Shown: positions 1 to 24,400 of the stretch, in pieces
Position numbering within the stretch: position 1 is the first letter of the stretch
Layout of the letters: each line of letters begins with the position of its first letter
From: Tubiluchus corallicola
Taxonomy: Eukaryota; Animalia; Priapulida
Length of the DNA stretch: 64,000 nt
Assembly (NCBI GenBank): GCA_030141605.1
Contig: JAQGDQ010000815.1
Location: 1 to 64,000 of the forward strand
Reading direction: 5' to 3'
Program-made: the position numbers and the translations under genes
Notes under the pieces: model-generated
The model's input: only the letters and a program-made list of their open reading frames with translations
Databases searched by the model: none
What the model was told of the DNA's origin: nothing

Positions 1-432
1 TTAACTAGCTAGTGAAAAATCGTGCAGGCAAATTAAAGGAAAAGTCAACCTTTCTGAGAAATTAGGCTTTTTTCAATGTTCATGAAAAATATTAAAAGGA
101 TTTAGTAATAAAAGTGTGATGAGGGTATCGGTGGAAAATCTTAACTAGCTAGTGAAAAATCGTGCAGGCAAATTAAAGGAAAAGTCAACCTTTCTCAGAA
201 ATTAGGCTTTTTTCAATGTTCATGAAAAATATTAAAAGGATTTAGTAATAAAAGTGTGATAAGGGTATGAGTGGAAAATCTTAACTAGTTAAGATTTTCC
301 ACCGATACCCTCATCACACTTTTATTACTAAATCCTTTTAATATTTCTCATGAACATTGAAAAAAGCCTAATTTCTCAGAAAGGTTGACTTTCCTTTAAT
401 TTACCTGCACGATTTTTCACTAGTAAGTTAAC
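1..432. repeat. 140-bp tandem repeat (2 copies visible) followed by an inverted copy
   Basis: Units 1-140 and 141-280; symmetry centre TTAACTAGTTAA at 281-292. Confidence 0.9.
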
Positions 433-646
433 ACTTCTGGCAAAAACTTACAACAGCAGTGAAACTTTATAACAACGCATATCACAGAACATTAATCGGG
501 GTCCCACAACATAATTTCTCTTTATAAAATTTCACAAGAATAATAACAACGGGTCCACATTCACCGAAACAATAAAAAATCCCTGAAATTATAAATTAAA
601 TCATTTCTAGTCCATCAAGACGTTATAAACTCTTATTTTTTGGCCT

Positions 647-1208
<562 letters not shown>

Positions 1209-1289
1209 GGTCCACATTAACCGAAACAAAAAAAAATCCCTGAAATTATAAATTAAACCATTTCTACTTCATCAAGACTTTATCAACTC

Positions 1290-13645
<12,356 letters not shown>

Positions 13646-15288
13646 CTTACTTATTCACAACAGTGATAGTAAAATTGAACCAAACGCTTCGTTTAAAACA
13701 TTACTAACGATCCTTCTCTATGCCGCCCTTGCTTCAAAATCAGCGTATTTTGCCTGTAATTATTGTTTGTCAGTGGTGAATCATGCACATTAAAAAAATG
13801 CTGTACTCGAGTCAGTAAAATGAAAAAACAAAATACAGCTTATTTTTTTCTGGGCTTTACATTAACAGTTGTGACATTAGGAATTATCTTTAAGCATTTT
13901 TGTGTTCGTTGTGATTATTCTATGTACATTAACATATTAATAATTATGACATTCCCAAGAAATCTTGCCCTAAATAACTAGAAATTGAATTAGAACAGAA
14001 GCAGTGTGGCTGGATTATTGGCTTGTAATGCCACATACTGTAAATTTTGATGGCTCAGATATTACTAAAATTTTGACATGCTCAATGAAAGAACGTGAAA
14101 AAACAAACTTTAAATTCGCAACTGCATAATTATTATTTATCATGTAAGCAGAAACGAGAGAGATTTAATTAATACATATTAGTATCTATATAATGTACTA
14201 CGAACAAATTGATCGATCAAAGATAAAAAATACAGCAAAATTGCAGTCCCATATTTGAGGGCAAGCTAAAATGTACCACTTGTAATTTCCTATAGCACTA
14301 TTGTAGTCGTGAGTAGATAAGTAGACAAAAGTAGATAAGAGTCATACAATCTCTGATGTCTGTGGTTCACAGATTATATATGTTATTATAAATGGTTTAT
14401 TATGGTTGGGAAATTCACAGTTGGTACAAAATTTGACTTGACATAAATGACAAGACCAAATGACTATAAAAATTTTAATAATAAATATGTACACTGTGTA
14501 CACATATGATAAACCCTCTGAAACAAGTTTAGATAAAATTGCATAAAATTTGAAAAAATAATCATAGCATTTGTAGAGCACATTTCCCAGACTAAGTAAA
14601 AGTATAAATTACCTTATCTTGTCAGTAATATTAAAAATACGTTTCTTGTTGAGTCAGTGATGCACACTGAGAAGGTGAGCCAGTTACATTTTCTTTTTTA
14701 TATATGCATACGTATACCATACATTGTCTTTTTTTGCCCTTTGACAAAATTAGCATGTAAATATTAATTTGTGAACCCGCTATTATACTTAGAGCACTAA
14801 AAACCGTGTTACCGTAAAACATTCGCTCCTTCTTTAATAATTATAATATTAGTACGCAATATTTTAAATAGCTGATTATTCAAATGTATCTGAATGAAAG
14901 TGATTTCAAATTGCTTTCGTTTTACGCAAATCACACATGACCGTTGTTGATGCAGGTTGCTAAGAACTTGTGATCAACAACAACAACACGCGGCAGCACA
15001 ACATGATCAGGGCTTGCTATTCTGTGCTCACGTCATGAACGGTTGTAGTGCGCAGACTTAGTAAACCGCTCGGCGCACGTAGTCATCCGTACCCTCACGT
15101 TTCTGGTCACGTGCCGCAGCCATTGACCAATGAAATGCAAAGTTACAGTTTACAGCTGATGCTGTATGCTGCCAAAGCAGAATTTTCATGCCGAGGTTAG
15201 TCGATGGTTTGTTTTGTGCGAAGAAAATTCGTTTCTCAGATGTCTAATTTGCACAGACGTCTAGCACAAGAAATTAATCACTGCCAAA
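13646..15288. promoter_or_regulatory. Divergent (head-to-head) ACAD/PDK upstream region
   Basis: Start codons 1.64 kb apart and facing away from each other; CACGT cores at 15029, 15076, 15096, 15108 (CACGTG); CCAAT near 15127. Confidence 0.55.
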
Positions 15289-15400
15289 ATGAGAGTTACG
15301 TTGAGACTCCTAGTTGATGCCAGGAAGGCGTTAAGGTCCATGGACTTTTATTCGCAGTATAATCCATCGCCGTTATCCATCAAGCAATTCATCGATTTCG
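15289..15400 (+). CDS. PDK: PDK exon 1 (MRVTLRLL...SIKQFIDF)
   Basis: ATG in CAAAATG context; donor G|GTAAGT. Confidence 0.9.
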
Positions 15401-18400
15401 GTAAGTCATAGCATCTTTTGTGCACTCGTTTTGTTGTTACGTAGCATGCGCCTGGGACCGTAACACCTAGCTGGTGTTGCATCATCTTACCGTGCCTTTC
15501 ATTTTGCATGTATTCGCCATGTTTTTCAATTTATTGTTAAAAATCAGTTCAAACTTGTATCTTCACTTTTAATTCTTATCAGTAATTATAACGATATAGT
15601 ATAATCTGGTTTTTGTTACCATAAAGGAGTATTACTCACTATTAGTGCTAATTTTATGCAAGCGAACAGTTTGACTTTCAGCATAACTAGCTTATATCCC
15701 ACAGAGCTAACTACACAACACGTTATTTTAACTAGGTAATACAAACCTCAAAAATCATACTGTAGCCATAATAGCGATAAATGGTAAGAGTTATAAATGT
15801 TAAGTAATTTTACTTTTTTCGTATAAGATTAAGAGCTATTGCTATCTTAGTAACACACAAAAAGCTGACGATTCTTCAGCTCTGCACAGATTTGTAAATA
15901 TCACTGCAATTAGGTTTTTGTAATTGTTTTAGAATCTGTAAGCTCCGTGTTTTTCTCAATATAAACATCGATATTATACGAAAATGAATGAGATGTGAAA
16001 GAAAATGAAATTCTTTAATTGTGCAGCAGCAAAGCAAAGTCTTTTGATTTTTAATTGTTGATTTTACTCAAAATTTTCAAAATGGTGTTATTGGTGTACA
16101 TGCCCCAGTTGTTATTGTAAATATTAATGTTGCAGTAAATTTCTAGTTATAGCTGAAAGTATTCTAAATTAGTTTTAAAAGTGTTCTAATTGCTCAATTG
16201 TACTACCATTGCATAAATACACAAACAGTCAGTAGTGAAAAATCCGGGAGGAGAAGCCTGGGGCTCTGGCGACCAGTCTCCTGTAAAGAGGTGAACTAAT
16301 GAACATTTTGTGTGTTGATGCCATTATTTTGATGTTGCAACGAAGAGTTAACAAACAGAAAAACCACCAGTTTATCATGTTGTTGCATTAATCTTCACCA
16401 TTCCGAGGCCCTATAGTAGTACTTACGTATGTTCCAGCTTCTAAACTCTAATAAAAATTTTCGTGTAACTATTAAATTTAGGATATGCAAAAATTGAATA
16501 TCATCCCGTTATCACAAATTCCTCCATTGTCAGTGAGCTAGTAAAATCGCTTTATGCTGTTTAGCTTTAATAGTTATTGTAATTTTTATAATTGCCAAGT
16601 CAACTAATTTTTTAGTTTAACTTACATTACCAGTTAACTAATTTTTTACAATTACAATTAATTTGTAGCTAATCAAAATGCATCTCTAGATTAGGCTTAT
16701 AGATACGAAGTTGTGAAGTCATAACACTCTGCACTGAAATTAGTCTGAACATTTTAAAAAATACAGCTAGCTGCTTATTATAGAACTGTGAATGAATATC
16801 GCAGTGATTGTTACATGGCCCATTGCAGCCTTTACATGGCTTGACTAGCCTCACAGCAGTAGTTATGTGAGTCTAATAACAGTAAGATAATAGAAACATT
16901 CATCTTATATGATTTTATTTAGATTCTTTTCCTGATATGGCCCGCACATTTTTTTTAGAATGAAAGAAGGTTACGTTTTCCTTCATTGGACTAATTCAGT
17001 TCCTTCCTGTTCTGTTCTGCTCTGTTTCATTCTGTTTGGTTCTGCTCTGTTCCTGTTCTGTTCCTGTTTTGTTCCATTTTGTTCCACTCTGTTTCAAGAC
17101 TTTTGCTGTGTTTTGTTCTGTTCTCCTGTGCTGTACTGTGCTCTGCTACATTCTATTCTGTTTTGTTCCTTTCCATTCCATTCCGGTCTGTGCTGTTCTG
17201 TTATACATGAAATATTATTTAAACTTTAGGTGGTTTGAAACACCCCTTTTACAAATCATTAATCGTGTAATCAAATCGGTATTTCACGATTTATATTTTT
17301 ACATCAGTTGAAGACGGAATCGCTTCACAACAGTCAGCTGAATGAAAAGAAAACATAATCTAGAGCCAGAACTGGTTGCATTCATCTGCAAAATTAATTC
17401 TTTGTGAAATTCTAATTATATATTGTATTGTTGGCATCCTTCTGTCTCGGAAGACAATGGAGTGTGCGCCAAGAGAGTCAGTTATTGATCACATTGATGA
17501 AGCTGCAGCGTCGACTGTGGCTGAGCAGTCCCATCCTTGAACGTCTCCAAGTACTAACCAGGCTCTACGTTGCTTAACTTCGGTGATCAGACGAGAACCG
17601 GTGTTTTCAACGTGATTTGGCCGTAGTATATATATGATATAATTATACATTATATGAGTAATTTAACATTGGGGACCGGGAAATGTACTAGGGGGGGGGA
17701 GGTTCATGGAGAGGCATGATAGTACTAGCTCGTGCCTTGCTCAGTAATCAAGTGTTTTGCAAGCTTGCATTTCGCAGGACATTTGACATTTGTTCATTAC
17801 ACTATTTATATATACTCTATATACACTATTTTTTATACTATATTACGTAGTAAATATATGTATATGAATCATAAAAATATATGATATAGAAAAAGTTTGA
17901 TGAAAATATTACAATAGGCATGGCATCCATTGGTGTTAGTGGAAAATTTTACGTGTCGAAAGCAAATGGCGCGAGTGAGCCATCTAAATTAATCAGTGAT
18001 TCTGAAATTTAAAAATTTTGATTTTTTAACTTGGTTTTGCCGTACTTTCTTGAGTTGGTATAAATCGAATAATTAACCGCAATAATGACGAAGTGATCTC
18101 TGAAAAATTAATCTTTGAGAAGGGCTTGTAAAATAAAGTTATAAGTTTATTTATTTCCACTCTGCATCTAACAGTTATAATAAAAATACAGATAATTTCA
18201 CTGAAGTAAATATAAATATAAATGCAATATTATCCAGAAATTACAAAAGAGATTCTTATGCGGCATATACATGTGCAAATTACATTACAGAATAATTTTG
18301 ATGTAGACAGTTTGAGCCTAAAAGCATAGCTTGACAGGCCAAACTGTACGTGGAAATCTTAAAGAAGTGATTAATAATTGAAATAATGATAATATATACA

Positions 18401-21400
18401 TAAAAGTGGGGGGGGGTAGTGAATGAAAGGTGAAATGGAGCGAGAACTAAGAAAAACTGTGATCATGATTATAAAGTGTTCAGTAACCTGTTGAGCATAG
18501 TCACGTTTTATTAAGATTACTGTGGAAAAAGAATGCAGGTGATTACCATTATCAAACTGTGTTACTCTCAATACTTTTTGAAATATTTCTTTTCTGACGG
18601 TTTTTTTAAGTTGAAAGGGAGTGACTACATTATGAATAAATATTACCCTTTTAGCAATTCAGCTTTTGAATTGTGTAACGTTTAATAGGCATATTTCACT
18701 CTAAGAATATGTTTAAATTTCGACTTCATTCGAATTTGATTATTTTCTTACCATGTCGAGCGTTATTTCATAAATATGTTTTTCTTGTTTACGAATGGCT
18801 GTCACGGGGCTGCTGATGACGTCGCGCCACACCTCCGCGGTGGGCCAATCACAAGCCGTGTAACATGCGCACACCCACTGCCCTATTTCCGTCATTGCGA
18901 AGGCCAAATGTATTATGGATACCTCGTACATTGTACAGTACACTCTCTTTACTCTAGGTCACCTTTTAACACTAAGAGCTCGCGAGTGCAGACCAATGCC
19001 GCTCAAGTTCTGCCCTTTGGACAGATTAAGTGACCGCACATTTTTGTTTTGTACAGCATTAGGCTTTATCAGGCCTGCTGGTGAGGAATTTGAGGCTGAA
19101 TATGTCTTTAAAATAAAAAAAAACTATACAAAAACTTACAACTAAAGTCAAAAAATTGTTTTCTTTGATAACACTTTGATCAACCTATTTTTGTAATTCT
19201 TACCATGCCTTCTACTGTTTATTAATGTTTGACGATGGACACGTTTTATGATGATAATTGAACTGGGCCTACGATCAATTTGAGTTTTGAAAATTTTCTT
19301 TTGTTCAGTCTTAAATTTAATTCTTTTGTTGCCATTTTCGTGCCACATTGACATAACACGTGTACGTAGTTTTTTCTCCGATAATGAGACTTATGTTCGG
19401 CGGGCTTCAGACATTAGGACGAAAGTGAAACCGGAATGTTGAACACGTGACCAAAATCAACATCTGTTTTCCAGGCTCCAAAACGAGTACATTCATGCTG
19501 CCAGAAATAGTTCTCTCAGCGAGCTACGTCTTGGTGATAACTTGCGCTGACCGCTGGCTGGCCTGGTTAGCGTTAATGTCTGTCTTTATTGATTCTTTGA
19601 CCAGTGGTCAGCGCCGCCGGTCATTTGAGGTCACCGACATCAATAAACTGGCCAGCAGAACCGGTTTGAGATACGTACAAAGTGTGCATAGGCTGCTCTT
19701 GGTTTTAGCTCCTAAATAACGTGAGTTTCCGTTATCCAGTCAGCAGTTTTATTCATTATCTGTACTTGACATCTTTCTTGCTTTGCTCACAAAATTACGA
19801 TAATTATGATAATTAAATGACGAAAATATTTTTAAGAAGTGAGGCTAAACAGAAGTATTGTTCAGAATGCATCGATACATTAACAGACCATAGTAATGTA
19901 GCATTAGATTGTTTTGTTCTACAATGTTCCCTTGAGAGCTCCTGTAATTGAATTTGTTCAACTGGTTTAATTATCGTTTTGATGCGGTATATCTAAACTA
20001 TTAAAATTAAATTACTAAATAATTAGATATTAAATTGTTTTATTCTAAGCTGCTGATAAACCATCTTAATTTAACAAGACAGTTAAACTTTATGCCCACT
20101 TCTTGAATATTTGTATATCTTTATTTTGCTTTGTGTGTAGAATGACGATAACACACATATAGTATGAATCCATAATTTTCCACACGTGTCTTGGATGTGA
20201 CGTTTGTGCTAGCTCAATTGCTAACCGTATTTTTGACTGAAACGTTTAGCATTTATCGCCGAACCTAGCCACGGGGGGGGGGGGGGCAAGCCAGCCCAAC
20301 TCAGTGCCGGTCCCAAGCCCGGATAAATAGGGAGGGTTAGGATCAGGAAGGGCATCCGCCTGTAAAAACTGCGCCAAAAGCTTCTATGAATGAGTCGGTG
20401 AGACTTAAAGGGAAAGTCCACAAAGATAGTGGTCAGACCCGCTCTAATCTATGGGCTGGAAGCAGCTTCTCTAAAGAACACCGAAGAGAAGAAAATGGGT
20501 GTGGTGGAGATGAGGATGCTGAGATGGAGGGACACCTGAAAAGAAGAGTCGGTGAAGATCATGTGGGGAGGGAGACCTTAGAGAGAAGAACATAAATGAA
20601 GAGATGGTCAACAACAGGAATGCGTGGAGAAGACTCATTCACAACGGCGACCCCGCATAGGGAAAAGCTAGGAAGTTTAGAATTTATCGCCTAGAACGCC
20701 TTGCATTCCAATGAAATTTTACGATTTTTATGAAGCATGGAATTTTAACACAAACGGTCGTTTCGCATAACTTTTTGCAAAAATACCAGCCATTGTTAGA
20801 GATATTTAATCTTGCTACCAGTTCTTGATCTCCCTCTGAATCATCTGTAGTATTCGCAGCTCTAGATTTTATTAATCTGCTTGTAAATAGAATGGCTAGG
20901 TAATGTTTATCCAAAAACCGGCATAGACCGGTACATTGTGTGTTGAACTTTATCAGAACCTGCTATAGCTGGGACATGGTAAACTTTTTATCAAAGCTAC
21001 AAGATTAGGCTGTGTTGTGAATTGTAAATATACAACCATTACACGAAAACTTGCGAAGTTACAACCATTATAACTTAAACGGTGAATTATTATTAAGTAT
21101 GTAGAACTTTCAACAAAACATTTATTGCGATGTACATCACGCTTTTCATCGCTAAATTTAAATATATTTTTCACATCCTTGCATGAGCAGCCTATTATGT
21201 TTATTAGAAAGGTTAAATAATTTCTTTACGTTGAGACACGCAGAACAGTTTTTTGTTTATAAATTTCACATGCCAAGCCTTATAGCTAAACGTTAATACG
21301 TCTTTTGTATAGCTAACACAGTTTAGTTTAACTATTTCTTGGTTCGTATAGTTTATTGTAATGATAAACTTTCGAAACAACGTGGCTAAAAATACGCGTG

Positions 21401-24400
21401 ACGTCATGGAAATGTTTGCCGGGCAGTAAAATTTTCCTGTAAAGTTGCCTCACAATGAATTCGTGTTTTTGGCTCTGGTCGTTGCACGTCACGTACGGGT
21501 TAATGGTAATGACGTAATTATAATGAGTTATGTTCGTGTTGTTGTAATCACTTTTCTTTCCGCTTGTAAGAACGTGTCGCAAATTTTAAGCTGCTACTTC
21601 TTGTACACAGTACGGCTGCCATAGCAGGCCTATGCCTACGTTTAATGAGGCCCTAGATGGCTATGTTTTGATTTTTTTTGCACAGCAGGTCATGAAACAG
21701 TCACAAAGTTCGCGGAGGGTTCATTGTTTACCCAATGTTCGGGCCTTATTAAAATAGCTACTCGTTTAAAAAATAAATCCAAAGTCTCTGTTTAACTTTT
21801 TCGTGCCACTTGCCCGACCGCCTTCTGCCCTTTTCGGCCGAGTTAAGAAACTGGGCAAAGTGCACGAGAAGCAGGCGCGTGGGACATCTGAAGGCGGGCA
21901 CAAAACATCCATTGGGTTCACGACACGGTTGACATTCAGTGAAAGCGATTGTTTGAAAATAGTTCCAAAGTTTACAAGTTGTACGTTGTTTGTGGTAAAT
22001 AGTTTACAACTTTGTACTTTGTACTTTGACTAAGCTGGAGTACTTTGATGTTGTTCATGGTCTAGCTAACAAATTGGCAGAGATGTCAAACAGCGTCAGG
22101 TCTGTTTACCCGATCCGCCCAAGGTGCCCATCAGCAGTATAATTGTTAAGAAAACTATTTTAGGTAGTTTTTGTAATTTTGTGTAAATTTCATAAAAGAA
22201 TATTGAGGAGGAAACGCAGCCAAAGCTTTGCTGATGACGAAAAAACTGTTAAAACAAAACCGGACCCAATCTTAAACTGTAGGTCTACTCTTAAAAATAT
22301 TGAAAGAAAACATACTATTTTTTAAAAATGACTTGCGTGAAAGAATTATTACCACACAAGCACAATTATATGTTCGCGCCACTAGTTCCTCGCTGTTACA
22401 TACATTCGTTATTTAGCTAGTTGGGCGGGTACTAGCACCTGCATTTCGGAAACGCATTGCACAAAAACAGATGCTGTACCCCTCAGTTCAGATGTGTTCG
22501 TTTGTGACAAATTACACGCGTTCAACAGCTCATGTGTGAACACAGCGGTAAATTTGAAATTTGAATTTTTGTCAACTTGCCTATCTTACAGTAACACTGA
22601 ACTTCAATTTTCTCTTTCACAAAAACCTGCAACACGCTCATACAATATATTTGCTGTTGAGAATTATGTTAGTTTGTGATGTCATCAATATTTTGCCTCG
22701 CCCGCTGTTAATTGAGTTTTTAACCTATTATTTAATTATCAGAAACGCTTTTGCAGTATTAACTGTATCAAGATGTATACTTTTGTCGGACTTGAAAATG
22801 GGATAGCACATGAAAAATCATCCTGTCTCCTCTCTCAGCCGTTCTATGCCTCCTTTCCCCCCTTTGACTGAAAGTATGAAAGTGAGCGACATTCGATTAT
22901 TTTCCATTTTCAATGTCACCTTTCAAATATTCAGAGACGCATGTTTTGCTGTAGGAACATTATCATTACTCATTTTGCTATAAATAGCCCTGTTATTTTG
23001 CATCAGAGCTACTAGAGCTGTGGTCAATGACATGTATTTTTGTGTTTTCGGATGAAAGACGAAATCAAAATTAAGTTTGCTCTTCAATGCAGCTGATATG
23101 CATGTAAATCAGTTGCTAGGCGGCCTCATATCTAACAGACATATTAAATTTGTGACCGGAAATAGCGTCACCGGAAGTCACATAAACAGTCACAGTTTTG
23201 GCCAGGAAAAGGTCACAGCAAAAATTAGTTTAAGGTGGCCGGAAAGAATCACAATTTTGACCATGAAAGAATGTCAGGTAATCAAGCAAAAAAATTCAAG
23301 TCAGTTACAATTTAGATAAGTACCATAAACAATTTAAATAATAAAACAGAAAATATTTTAAATCAGTTGTTTATCTGACAGTACCTGACTTGTACATATT
23401 GACAACATTAGCTGTATAATTATGATAATTATATGTGAAGCAATCGTGGTTTCTTTAATATTTCAGGGCCGGGTTTTTTCCCGTCACTTTTGTTTTACCT
23501 GTGACTTAAATCATTGCCTGGATTCATTAAATCCACGTATTTGTTATTAACAACTACAATTTTATATACCTTCTGTAAGTTAGTAACTATTATCGTCTGT
23601 AAAACTATGTCACGAAGATTTTGCATATTGTGTTTTTTGTTCCGGGGGTGTGCGCCATTTTTTGTCCCAGTGGCAAAATTTGATTTTATGTGTGATGAAC
23701 AATTTATGGTTTTAAATAAATCTTTTTGTATTAAATAATTGGAACTTCTCCGTGATTGTATTTATACCGTCGTTATGCAATCTTGCGTATATATATATAG
23801 TTTTATATATATAAAAATTATATATAGTTTTTTTTGTGAAAAGCGCCTCGATCATGAAAAATGGGCCAGTCTTGGTAAGGCGTTACAGTAGGGAAATGGA
23901 ATATGATTGGAAGTGGAATATATGAAGATATTCACAGAATAATAAAATGAACACGTGACTAACTTGCTAGAGATAACACATACCTGTTGACGTTGTTCTT
24001 AAAGAAGGGAGGTTTTGTAGCTTGTAGTTAACCGGACAGTAATTTTCTGGTATAACGAGCTGCACAGAGAAGAAGTCCGATAGAAAAACTGGGCGAATGA
24101 ACAACTGTTCTTCATATATTATTATGTCAACGGCAAAAATATGAAACGTAGTAGCAATACGTGTACGTTGAGGCTCCGTACGCATTGTCGACGTTTTGGA
24201 ACGAGTGAAAAAATTTAAAAAATCCTTACAGCATTTTCCTTTAAAGCAGCCATTGAAGAGGAGATATATTTATTACCTTTATTTCTCATCTTACTTTTAT
24301 TACTCACACTACATTTACACTCTTGTTGTCATACTGCGCTCGTATGATAACAATATTCCCTTGTGTAATTGACCTTTGTAATAAAACTGGTTTGCAGTGC

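Noticed and set aside
17546-17626. Functional 5S rRNA gene
   Set aside because: Lacks the 3' ~35-40 nt, an intact C-box and a T-run terminator; fused to LINE sequence.
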